A stretch of DNA of 64,000 bases, from contig OX597839.1 in NCBI GenBank assembly GCA_951406725.2, positions 13,330,001 through 13,394,000 of the forward strand. Direction: 5' to 3'. Below, piece by piece: positions 1-12,820 of this stretch. Each line of letters starts with the position of its first letter. The stretch's first letter is position 1. Source of the DNA: Octopus vulgaris (taxonomy: Eukaryota). Position numbers and translations under genes: made by a program. The notes beneath the pieces are model-generated. The model was not told the origin of the DNA. It worked only from the letters and a program-made list of their open reading frames with translations, and did no database searches.

Positions 1-250
1 TTACAATTTATACCCCTTAGTCAAAGTAGAAAAAGCAGAGTTCAGGGGCTTTTATTATTTTAGGGCCTGCATGACTGACAAAAGGAAGGTAGGAAGTTAG
101 CCCTAAGTTAGAGATCTGACCCAAATCTTTGCAATAGAATAAACTTTTTAACAGGAGCAAAAAAGTCCTGATGCAAATCTATGTTTTTTTCCTTTATTTT
201 TCCTTGCTAGCTGATCATTTATTTTTCCTTGCCAGCTGAGGTTAGTATGT

Positions 251-290
251 GTTACTGATGAGACCTAAAAAGGTTGAAACAAGTCAACTG
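251..290 (+). ncRNA. Degenerate minimal type-I hammerhead ribozyme motif
   Basis: CTGATGA (255-261), stem II GACCT-aaaa-AGGTT, GAAAC-aa-GTC, short stem I GTT/AAC. Confidence 0.45.
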
Positions 291-534
291 CTTCCACCAG
301 CTAGCCTTAAGATCTACCCTTAACTGCATCATGTTCATGTTCTAAAAATTTTGATAGGCTGATATTGTAGGAGTTGTCCCCCCTCGCTGCTCTTGGACCG
401 TAAACACTCTTAGCAAGAATTTAATTTTGTGATTGCAAGTATAATCTTGGTCAATTGATGTTTTCATCTCCCTTGCATTAAAAATGTGTGGTATATATAA
501 ATATACATTAGATACACACACACACAAAAATTTA

Positions 535-575
<41 letters not shown>

Positions 576-890
576 ATGATATATATATATATGTATGTAT
601 ATACATATATTTTATGTATGCGTTTATACTATATATTTGTACATATTTATGTATATATTTAAATGTCATTGTCATGCATCATTTAATATATATTTATATA
701 TATATGCCTATGTATATTTATATTTTGTCTGTGTGTGTGAATGTATACATATATTTCTCATTTCATGTTCTTTTTATTATTATTATTAGTGTTAATATCA
801 TTATTACCATTATGGCATGTTGTACCATCCTAGATTAAGACTTCCAAATGAACCTGTACCAAACAACACAGACTGATTCCTCTCTATTTG

Positions 891-1173
891 GCTTGTGAGT
901 GGATTTGGTAGACGGAAACTGAAGGAGGCCTGTCGTATATATGTATATAGATATATATGTGTGTGTGTATGTTTGTGTGTCTGTGTTTGTTCCCTCAACA
1001 TCGCTTAACAACTGATGTTGGTGTGTTTACATCCCTGTTACCTAGCGGTTCGGCAAAAGAGACCGATAGAATAAGTACTAGGCTTCCAAAGAATAAGTCC
1101 TGGGGTCAATTTGCTCGACTAAAGGCGGTGCTCCAGCATGGCTGCAGTCAAATGACTGAAACAAGTAAAAGAA
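891..1173 (+). mobile_element. SINE family A, 5'-truncated copy
   Basis: Matches 44840-45249 body and tail (gtgagtggatttggtagacggaaactg...gactgaaacaagtaaaag). Confidence 0.8.
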
Positions 1174-1240
<67 letters not shown>

Positions 1241-1769
1241 GGTGGGAGAGTATGTTGTGTGTGGGGAAAGGGTGTTTTTATCCAAGTGGTTGTGTGTGTG
1301 TGTGTGTGTCTATTTGGAGAAATAATGTGTGTCTGTAAAAAGCTTTGTGTATGTGTGTGGAGAGGAGTTTTTTAAATGGTGAAGGGCAATACATGTGGAC
1401 TGCAGCTTGTTTATAGATATGTGTGGATTCAGGGTTCATAATTATTGTTTAATCCCATGTACACTTTGATCAAACAAACCTGTGAACAACGACATTCAAA
1501 ATTCAGCCATCCAACCTTTTTTGTTTATTTAAGACTACATTATTTAATGCATTCTTTCATTTATAGGGCAACAATGTATGACTTGAGGGAATTTGATAGA
1601 TATTTCTAACAGATTTAGAGATAATCTAGAGTAGAAGTTCTCAACGTGGGTGGTACCACCCACAAGGGGTCGCTAGGCATGTCAAAGGGTGCATTAGGCT
1701 TTAGAGGACAGTGAGTGGGTCAGTGAAATGACATAATTGATATACTAAATTTTACCTATAGTAGTAATT

Positions 1770-2195
1770 CTTTTCTAGTCTAGGCACAAGGCCCGAAATT
1801 TTGGGGGAGGGGTCCAGTCAATTAGATTGACTCCAGTACACAACTGGTACTTAATTTATTGACCCTGAAAGGATGAAAGGCAAAGTTGACCTCGGTGGAA
1901 CTTGAACTCAGAATGTAAAGACAGACAAAAAACCGCTAAGCATTTCACCTGGTGTACCAACGTTTCTTATTTCTTTATTGCCCGCAAGGGGCTAAACATA
2001 GAGGGGACAAACGAGGGCAAAGGGATTAAGCCGATTACATCGACCCCAGTGTGTAACTGATACTTCATTTTATCGACCCCAAAAGGATGAAAGGCAAAGT
2101 TGACCTTGGCGGAATTTGAACTCAGAACATAATGGCAAACAAAATACTGCTAAGTATTTCGCCTGGCGTGCAAACGTTTCTGCCAGCTCGCTACC
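1770..2195 (-). mobile_element. Dimeric SINE family C (Meta-domain-like) insertion
   Basis: Two units containing the gtcaactttgcctttcatcctttcgggg-like core; 18-bp TSD ttacctatagtagtaatt at 1752-1769 and 2196-2213. Confidence 0.8.
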
Positions 2196-2502
2196 TTACC
2201 TATAGTAGTAATTATATTATACATGATAAAACTAGTAATAGTTATTAAAATAAAATAGAGGTAAGTAATGCGCTGCTATTTCTAGCAGGTTGAGCAACTA
2301 TATAGAATCTACACAGTTAATGACCTGATATTGAAAATTTAGCTAGATTTCATCAGGCACAAACAAATAATTAACTTGCAATTATAAAGTAAATTTTAGA
2401 ATTTTTGCCTTTATTAATTTTTTATCATTTCACTGTTAAAAGCTTATACAGTCCCTTTTTAGAGTAAACTTTATAAATTATCATCCATGTTAGGTTAGTT
2501 TA

Positions 2503-3096
2503 TACAGTTCTATATTTAAGAGATGAGGAATTAGTTACATTCGATGGATATTTGTCCTCATTTTGTTTGTTGTTAACACAACGTTTCGGCTGATATACCT
2601 ATTTCTTTACTACCCACAAGGGGCTAAACAAAGAGAAGACAAACAAGGACAGACAAACGCATTAAGTCAATTACATCGACCCCAGTGCGTAACTGGTACT
2701 TAATTTATCGACCCCGAAAGGATGAAAGGCAAAGTTGACCTTGGCGGAATTTGAACTAGAACGTGACGGCAGACGAAATACTGCTAAGCATTTCGCCCGG
2801 CGTGCTAACATTTCTGCCAGTTCGCCGCCTAAATATATATATTCGGCTGATATACCCTCCAGCCTTCATCAGGTGTCTTGGGGAAATTTTGGACCTGGGT
2901 TCTCATTCGTAAGGTATTTTTTGATGTTATTATTATTATTGTTCAGGTCACTGCATGGAATCAAACTCAGAATCTTGGAGTTAGTAGCCTGTGCTCTTAA
3001 CCACTACACCATATAAAGAAGGCTGGAAGGTATATCAGCCGAAACGTGTTAACAACAAACAAGATGAGGACAAATATCTGTCAAATGTAAATAATG
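2503..3096 (-). mobile_element. tRNA-headed, hammerhead-containing non-autonomous retroelement with Penelope-type inverted arm
   Basis: 12-bp TSD taggttagttta (2491-2502, 3097-3108); A box 3011-3001, B-box-like 2968-2957; CTGATGA core at 2872-2866; inverted partial copy 3017-3096. Confidence 0.65.
2600..2830 (-). mobile_element. SINE family C monomer inserted into the hammerhead stem II
   Basis: Full head-to-tail copy; 15-bp TSD ttcggctgatatacc at 2585-2599 and 2842-2856. Confidence 0.85.
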
Positions 3097-3208
3097 TAGG
3101 TTAGTTTAGTCATGATACCTCACTTTCTACTTAATTGGGTGCTAGGTATAATATCTACCTAAACAGAGAAGGGTGCTACAAAAAAGGTTAAGAATCTTTG
3201 ATCTAGAC

Positions 3209-3794
3209 CAGTATTTCTTAACTGGGGCACATATGGCCCCTAAGGGTTCATTTTAAATTTTTGGAGGCCCACATAGTAAAATAGTAAATTGGGGGTCCTC
3301 AATAGTATGTTAAGGGTTCCTGAAAAAATTTTGTTTGAGAACCTGAAGAAATTCTGCTTTAGATGTATGTATTGGTATTTATTGCAAGGAACAGTGAGGT
3401 TTCTTTCTCAGATGTTTTACATAGTTCAACCTACACAAGTTAATGTGTGGAAAACAAAATAGAAATTTTGAAAGAAGTTCCTATAAAACTAGTTTTTAAA
3501 CATCAAATGGATATGGGGGTCCACCAGAGTAAAGTAGTTATCGAGGGTTAAAAATGGTTGAGAATCTGAAGAAATTTTGCTTTAGATGTGTGTATTAATA
3601 TGTATTGCAAGAAACAGGTAGGTTTTTTCTCTCTAATATTTTACAAAGTTAAAACTACACAAGTTAATTAATTTAGGAATTTTGAACGATGTTTCTATAA
3701 AACTGGTTTTTTAAACATCGAATAGCTATGGGGATCCACCAGAATAAAACAGTAATCAAAGGGGTCCATATGTGAAAAATGGTTGAGAACCTTT
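3209..3794. mobile_element. hAT-type MITE with internal tandem duplication (related copy at 23526-23990)
   Basis: Ends cagtatttcttaac / gttgagaacctt; ~220-bp unit tgagaa(c/t)ctgaagaaatt...gctttagatg repeated at ~3336 and ~3559. Confidence 0.6.
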
Positions 3795-4273
3795 TATGTA
3801 GGGGGTTAGGTGCCAGCTCAGGCATTAATGATTTGAATAGATGACTGTGTGTGATTGTGACTTGGTTGTTCAGATGTGTCTAGGTGTGAGCCCATGTGTG
3901 TGTGTGAGTGTATGATGTGGGATGTTTTGGGAACGAATGAGATGCAATTAAAAACAACTTGAAGGTATGAAGTTAATTGAGTAATTAAAAAAAGATGAAA
4001 AAAAAAACAACAAAATACCCTGCAATATCTGCAGGAATATGAAAAGTGACAAATGCAAGTGAGAGAAATAAATTGTCAGAATTATGTCGACCAGTCATAA
4101 CAATATAATATAACAGCAAATTATAAAGAGAAGGAAAATATCGAAGCTTAAACAGGGAAGATGCTAAACTATGAAAATATATTTTCTAGATTCTACAGTG
4201 GTGCAAATACTAGTTTAATACATACAAACATGTTATACATATATATATGTACACTTGTGTCTGTGTACATTTA

Positions 4274-4315
<42 letters not shown>

Positions 4316-4429
4316 TTTAAGGGTGTCTGTGTATATGTTTATGTGTGTATGTATATGTTTGAGTATGTGTAAATATTTATGTATATATGTGTATGTGTAT
4401 ATATTTATGTATATGTGTGTGTGTATATG

Positions 4430-5036
<607 letters not shown>

Positions 5037-5266
5037 ATGTATACATCTATGTACATATATATATATATATATATACATACATACATGCATGTATGTATTT
5101 ATTCCTATTATGTGCAAAGAAGAGAAAGAAGCAAGAAACATTTTCTTGGGTTCCAGAATGGGCAGATGAATGCAAAATGTGATATCTACATAATCGCCAA
5201 AAGAATATTAATACCAGTTATCTGTATTACATAAATATATGTATACATCCATATGCACATACATAA

Positions 5267-5297
<31 letters not shown>

Positions 5298-5335
5298 TGT
5301 GTGTGTGTAGATAGATAAATGCATGTGTATGTATA

Positions 5336-5590
5336 TATATATTAGAAGAAATAAAGTACTCAGAAATCTGGATGGTTTTATATTTACAGATTTTTTATTA
5401 ATATGTCACAATTTTTTATAAATCAGATAATAGCGCTTGCATCCACTCTGGTGGATTCTTCAGTCAACCTGAAGAATCCACTAGAGTGGATGCAAGCGCT
5501 AATATATGATTTATAAAAACATGTGACATAAAAAATCTGTAAATATAAAAACATCCAGATTTCTGTGTACTTTATTTCTTCTAATATATA
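5336..5590. repeat. Long fold-back palindrome with hammerhead-like cores at its centre (Penelope-like remnant)
   Basis: ~125-bp arms around a 5-nt loop (5464-5468); CTGAAGA-ATCCAC/GTGGAT-GCAA-GCGC-TA. Confidence 0.75.
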
Positions 5591-5880
5591 ATACCTGTAC
5601 ATCACCTCCAAACCGTATATATATATATTGATATGCATCTGTATATATGTATTGATATATATATATATACACATGTACACACACATATTTATTGAGGATG
5701 TTTCAAACCACTGGTACAAGAATAGCTACCACTATGTGAATTTGTTAAATGAAATCTATTGTAATGAATAATCTCAGCCACTAAATATAACTCCTACGGA
5801 TAGATACATGTGTAAGAAATACGAAACGCTTAAGTATGAATACATACTTCGGACAACATGGCAGTGCCTGTTTATGTGTG

Positions 5881-5919
<39 letters not shown>

Positions 5920-6026
5920 ATCACGTGACCGACCAGTCCATCAGATGTAGTTACACATCGCTGGTCACAATGCTTTCGCATTGTTTTAGCCTTCGAATGA
6001 CGCCACCCCGCTGGCTAAGCGAGCAG

Positions 6027-6089
<63 letters not shown>

Positions 6090-6146
6090 GTATCATTGCT
6101 GCCCACTTATTCCTGGAAGAGTCATGGGGCAGAATACTCATAAATG

Positions 6147-6193
<47 letters not shown>

Positions 6194-6196
<3 letters not shown>

Positions 6197-7877
6197 TATC
6201 TAGCAATAAGTTAGTACACACAACGATTTTATATATATTAAATTATATATACTTCTTACAACTATATATTTTCGTAGGATTTAAATGAAACTCGATGTGA
6301 ACATAGCCATGTAGTGGTTTAATAACTTTATAAACTATGAAGAACAAATATCTTTTCAATGTAGAATAATTAAACAAAAACATTTAGATATATAGTAACA
6401 AAAAGCATAAGTACACAGGAGCGCTTTAAACAAATAAGCCTATTTTAATACATTTGTATGGCCTCCATTGTTATCAATAACAGCAGACAACACTCACACA
6501 GGCATATGATTCCAGTAGTTTATGACATGTGTCCGACACGGAATTGCTAGTTCCATTCACATGTGATGACCTCCTTGAGTATCGTTAATATTATATCGGA
6601 TTTTTCCCTGCAATTTTCCGTTTTAGATGCTCCCACAGATGCTCTATTGGGTTCAAATCAGGTGACATACTCGGCCATAAATAAGACTATTCACTCGCTT
6701 ACTTTCTAAGAACGCCTTCGTAGGCCGCGACGTGTGCTTAGGGTCGTTATCCTGCTGGAAAACTCCACGTCTGCCAACACTTGTTAAACTTGGTAACATG
6801 TTTTCCTCCAATATCTGGCAATAGAGTTTTGAATCCATTTTTCCTTCGATGAAAGCAAGTCGTCCAACTCCTTTGGCACTCATACACCCCCAAATCATCA
6901 AGCTCCCACCTCCATGCTTGACAGTTGGCACGACACACTTATCCTTGTAAGCCTCCCCTTTTCGTCGCCACACACGCTTAACGCCATCTGAGCCGAATAG
7001 ATTTATTTTCGTCTCGTCAGACCAAAGGATTTTGTCCCAAAACTGCATATCTTTGTCTTTATGATTATTAGCAAATTCACAACGCTTCTTTTTGTGGGAA
7101 GTTTTCAGCAGAGGCTTCCTTCGGGGCATGCAGCCTTTAAACCCGTCTTCGTGGAGAATGTTGCGCACTGTCTGAGCACTCACAGTTACGTTTAAACTGT
7201 GTGAAATTTCTTCTGCGACGCTAGCAGCACTCCGACGTCTGCTTCCCTCTATAAGTTGTTTCATGCGCCTCTTAGTTCGATCACAAAACTTATTTGGTCG
7301 ACCGAGACGGCGGCCATTTGTGACGGTTCCAGCTTTTTTGTACCGTTGAACAACTTTTGCTACCGTATTTCGGCTGATATTTACATTGCCACTTATTTCC
7401 GTATATGAATGACCACTCTTGAATAAATTAACAATAGTTTCACGAGTTTTTTCATGTAATTCATTGCCACGAGGAGCCATTTCCAAGAATAATATGAGAA
7501 AAACTTTGGTAGCAATAGATCCAAGCAATAGCAGCGTAATGTAAACAAACAGCCAATGAAATGCCTTTGGTTATTTATTAGGGTACAATAAAAAGGTGCC
7601 AACAGAAAGTTCTGCAATTTATAGCTATTTAAGTAAATATTTATTCATGATTAGTGACTTCCATAGCTGTGTACTAATTTATTGTACTGTGACTCTATGG
7701 ATTTTCTCCTATAATTTGTAATAAACAACAAATTTGAACCCTAACGTTTATGCATATTTAAATTTACATATATGGCTAGGTTCACATCGAGTTTCATTTA
7801 AATCCTACGAAAAAATAAAGTTCTAAGAAGTAAAAATTTTAAAAATCGTTGTGTGTACTAACTTATTGTAGATACTG
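6194..7877 (-). mobile_element. Full-length Tc1-family DNA transposon (IR/DR-type long TIRs)
   Basis: TA|CAGTATCTA...TAGATACTG|TA; long imperfect TIRs with inner repeats of the gtacacag motif (~6411, ~7668); 1684 bp. Confidence 0.93.
6445..7480 (-). pseudogene. Tc1 transposase (DDE type), frameshifted in the C-terminal part
   Basis: MAPRGNEL...; HTH and GRP motif; WSDE, QQDNDPKH; [15 protein letters not shown] in another frame after ~6685; ends in a GGHTKY-like motif with several indels. Confidence 0.88.
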
Positions 7878-7942
7878 TATATATACATATATGTATCATT
7901 GCTGCCCACTTATTCCTGGAAGAGTCACGGGGCAGAATACTC

Positions 7943-8039
<97 letters not shown>

Positions 8040-8084
8040 GTATGTATGTATCTTAAGACACAAATGCTAGTGTGTGTGTGTGTA

Positions 8085-8125
<41 letters not shown>

Positions 8126-8538
8126 TTGTATGTACACATACACACAATTTTATGTGTATAAAATCTTTCAGTGTAGCAATAAATAAGACATTTTCTGAAT
8201 TATCTGAAAAATTAAAAACCACAGCAGTTGTTTTTTGTTTTTTGTTGTTTTTTGTTTTGTTAATTTTGTCACATGAATACTTGAAGAAATGAAAAATAAA
8301 ATATGAGAAAACAGTTTTAATTTAGGCATGAATAATGTTATTTATAATTATATCAATCTCCGTTTTTGAATTTGGATTAATAAAACATAATCTTTTTGTT
8401 GTTGTTGATGATGAGATTTGATGTTTATCAGTGGCTGTCACTTTTGGAGCCAAGAAGACTAACAGAAATGATGTGATGTTTTTCAATAAATACAACCTTT
8501 GTACAATGTGAGTGAAAGTTTGTAATTTCTACCTTGTG

Positions 8539-9895
8539 TTATTTCACTCTAAATTCGAGAAGCGGTGAGAACCGTGATTTGTCTCTGTTTAATTTGGCAT
8601 ATATTTTAGCTCCACAAGCTCTTCGACCAGCGACCACCGTCCCTTCCCATATGCCGGGTGACGATTCCCGAAAGTGGAACCATGTGTCATCAATGAGCAT
8701 TGCAATGTCTACAGCTGCTGGAACACACACCCGGAACGTTATCCGTTTATCCGGGTTGATGTCTCCTACTTGTGGATCAAGCAACGTACAGTTGAACCAG
8801 CGGTGACATGCTCGAGGCAATGGTCGCCGGTCCTTTGACATGAATTTGCAGTTGATAAGATACCTGAATATACAGTCATAGGTTTCTTCACCGGATACAT
8901 CCCGGTCACAGCCGAACAATGAGAAAACATAAAATCCTCGGACAGGACATCTGATTTGGTATGATATCGTTGTCTCATCCCGGAACCGAACAAAGGCAAA
9001 TCGATTAAAGTCTTCAATATTTGTTGCCTCTGTCGACCCCTGAAATTGCAGTGAATGTGAGATTTTTGCAAAACTATTGATTTCAAAACGAAAGTGAAGG
9101 TCCTCTCCTTCATACACAATAAAAGGATCAATATGACTGATAGGCAACAAACCAAAGTCGCTTAAACTTGGAGTGGGACCAAAAAAGGGGACAAGGGGAA
9201 AGCTGTGCCGCTGGACTTTTTCTTTTTCAGGACATTTTACCAGAAAAGAACACGCACTCTGCAATGAATCAGAGTCCCATCGTTCTTTAGCAAATATCGT
9301 GAAATAGAATTTGCCCGGTTTTGGAGGTGCAACGGTAAATATAGCCTTGCGACCAATAATTCTTAGCATAGTTCTGCCTTCCACAGGAGCATTGTCACCA
9401 TTTTTACTCTTAGGTACCAGGGTGTATCCAAAACCCAAAAGTACAGGCATCTTTAATTCAATGATGGCCACACCATGGTTTGTAATTATTATACTATCAT
9501 AATGGTTAGCAAATCGCAACCCATAGTTGAAGAATGTTGATTTGACAAGAGGAAGCTTCAAAAACTCTGCCATGGAGATCGGTGATTCAAGTAGCTGCCA
9601 CCGGCTGTCGTCTGGGAAGTGCTGGTATATATGGTCCTCAGGTTCGGTGATAAAATAAAACTCATCACATGTGTAGTTAAATTCAGACAGTTCCCACTGG
9701 TCCAAATTCTCTGATGAGTTCTGATGGGCTCTTACATGCCTGGCTCCCCAGTTGCAATTAAGAAATTGCCACGACCCTTCGATGTTGATTGAAGTCCAAG
9801 AGTTTCGAAACCGGCTGTCTTCAACTTTCATTCCTGGTTTGTAACCGGCACCTTTTGAATAACCTTGAATTATTTCACAGAACATTCCTGCATAA
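8539..9895 (-). CDS. Hillarin-like gene, last coding exon (TGase-like core and Ig-like repeats)
   Basis: Long ORF; acceptor tcttcttttgcag|TTATGCA, phase 2 (AG|T = Ser); stop TAA at 8541-8539. Confidence 0.92.
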
Positions 9896-12768
9896 CTGCA
9901 AAAGAAGACAAAGAAAAGAAAAGCTTTTACACATGTTCTTACATACACATATATAAAATACGCAGATGACAGCATTTATTCATGGTATACTAAACTTATC
10001 AACATCTCAGTCAACAACACATATACATATATTGTTAATAATAATAATATCATTGCTAATCATAAATAGTGGAGGCACATGGCTTAGTGGTTAGAGCAGT
10101 GGACTCGCAGTCGAGGGATCGCGGGTTCGAATCTCAAACCGGGTGATGTGTGTGTTTATGAGCGAAACACCTAAGCTCCACGTGGCTCCGGCAGAAGGTA
10201 ATAGTGAAACTTCTACTGACTCTTTCGCCACAACTTTCTCTCACTCTTTCCTCCTTCATCTTGCAGTTCACTTGCGACGGACCGGCGTCCCGTCCAGGTG
10301 GGGAACTTATACGCAAAGGAAACTGTGAAACCGGCCCTTATAAGCCAGGCGTGGCTCGAGAAGGAACAAACAATAATCATAAATAACATCCATAGTAAAA
10401 TGTCCAATTTGATGTTACTTGAGGTCTCTGGGTGACACTTGAAACAGCTTGTATAAAACAGCAACAACAACATGAATAAGAATAATAATTCTTTCTACTG
10501 TAGGGACAAGGCCTGAAATTTTGGGGGAGGGATCAGATGATTACATCAACCCCAGTTCTTAACTGCTACTTTTTTATTGACCCTGGTGGCATTTAAACTC
10601 AGAACGTGAAGCCAGAGAAAATGCTGAATTTTGGGGGGAGTGAACTAAGTCAATTACATCAGCCCCAGTTCTCGACTGGTACTTAATTTATTGACCCTCA
10701 AAAGAATGAAAGGTGAAGCTGACCATGACAGAATTTAAATTCAGAACATAAAGATGGCTGAAATGCCGCAAAGCATTTTGCCTGGCATGCTAACAATTCT
10801 GCTCGCTCACTACCTTACATAATAAGAATCCTTTCTAATATAGGGACAAGCCATGAAATTTGGGGGAGGGGCAAGTTGATTACTCAGTGCCAGAGCTTAA
10901 TAGGGTAAAGGCACCTAGAAAGTTACCCTCCGAGGCACAAATCCAGGCAAGGTTGTTTATGGAAGACCAACAGTCGCCCTTGCATATCAGCCTCTCCTCG
11001 CCACACCACAAATGTTATCCAAGGGAAAGGCAAAGGCTGATACAGCTTGGCATTGAACTCACTACCTCATGATTGTGAGCCTGACGGTCTAACCACTGAT
11101 CCATGTGCCTTCATTCAATGCCAGTGCTTAACTGGTAACTAATTTATTGACTGTGAAAAGATGAAAGGCAAAGTTGACCTCAGTAGAATTTGAACCCAGA
11201 ATATGGACAAAATGCTGTTAAGCATTTTACCACCTGTGGTAACACTTCTGCCTGATCACCACGGGTGGATTCCAGGTTACATAATATTTAGCAAGAGAAA
11301 GAGAAAGGGTTGAGTGGATCAATACCATTACATGCCTGGTACTCATTTTTGTAACCCTTAAAGAATGAAAGCAGGGAAAGTAGACCCTCATGGAATGAGA
11401 ACTTAGCAGAATCACATGAAGTCTGATTTTCTCTCAGTATCATTGATATTACATTGATGTTTGCATGATGTCCTTACCTGCCTAACCGCTTGAATAAATC
11501 ATGGTACGTTTCAGTCCCTAATTTAATACCACGCAGGAGACCATATGGAGAATCGGGATTCACAGATTCATCAATCTGTAGCTTGTTTAAATCCTTCCAT
11601 GTCACCCACCGATATAGTGCCCTGTAAGGAGAAGATAGATACAGACATGTAGTTATGTGGTATAGGCTGTTTTTGAATGGATCAAGCCGGGTAGAAACAC
11701 AATACATACACAGGCAATATACACAGACACATATGTACAATATACACAGCTATATGCATACAAGTAGTTATACACACACACACAGAGAAACACATATACA
11801 TGCATATGCTGGCACACTGACATAGACATATCTATATACTCACAGACATGCACAAACATACAAATAAACACACGCACACATAAACACATACATACATGAA
11901 CAGGCAGACATACTCAGAGATACATACATACACACAAACCAAACAAACATATTTGTGGCTTTCTAAAATGGTACGACCAGGGGTTAAAATATATAACAAC
12001 CACTTACCGCGTCTTTTCCAGTTCATTGTGACAGTTTCTGGTGAGGTCTCGAACCAGTTCTGTGAATGTTGAATGTTCTTTTTGTGCCACCTTCAAAAGA
12101 AAAAAGAAAAGAATAAATGGAACATCGCGTTTATTCATTAGTGATATTGGATTGGATTGTCCATGTTCAGTCCACTGCAGGTTGATGGCCACAGCATGTT
12201 CTCTCCGCCAACCATGGGCTAATGCAGTGGCCATGAACTTGAACTTGAGACCAAACTGGTTGAATGAGTCTACTCTGTCACACCCTTTCATACTTAGGAG
12301 GGATAAAGCATCTAGCCTGCATGGCAGAGGAGTGCAGTTTTTATACCCTTATCCAGGAGTCTTTATGTTGGTTACATTGACCCCAGTGCTTCACTGGTAC
12401 CAGCGTCACCATACCGGCACATGTGACGGTGGCTCGTGAAAAACAACATTCGAGCGTGATCATTGCCAGTGCTACCAGACTGGCTCCTGTGCAGGTAGCA
12501 CGTAAAAACACCTTTTGAGTGTAAGGGTGGTCACTGCCAGAACCACCTGATTGGCCTTCGTGCCGGTGTTGCATAAAAAGCATCCACTATACTCTCGGAG
12601 TGGTTGGCATTAGGAAGGGCATCCAGCTGTAGAAGCTTTACCAGACCAGATTGAGCCTGGTGCAGCCTCTGGCTCACCAGTCCTCAGTCAAACTGTCCAA
12701 CCTATGCCAGCATGGAAAGCAGATGTTAAACGATTATGATGATGTATATATACATACATATATATATA

Positions 12769-12820
<52 letters not shown>

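Larger units (their letters stand above)
1632..3200. mobile_element. hAT (Charlie-type) MITE carrying nested insertions
   Basis: Degenerate TIRs tagaagttctcaac / gttaagaatctttg; 8-bp TSD atctagag (1624-1631) / atctagac (3201-3208). Confidence 0.6.

Noticed and set aside
9711-9717. CTGATGA heptamer (also TCATCAG at ~2350 and ~26042)
   Set aside because: No stem II and GAAA in the right spacing; chance matches, unlike the reported hammerheads.
9896-9975. N-terminal extension MLSSAYF... of the 478-aa ORF
   Set aside because: Intronic; a polypyrimidine tract and AG at 9897-9896 define the true exon start.
10070-10145. tRNA genes suggested by A/B boxes (also 40884, 54531, 58920)
   Set aside because: No complete cloverleaf or acceptor stem; each continues into a SINE body.
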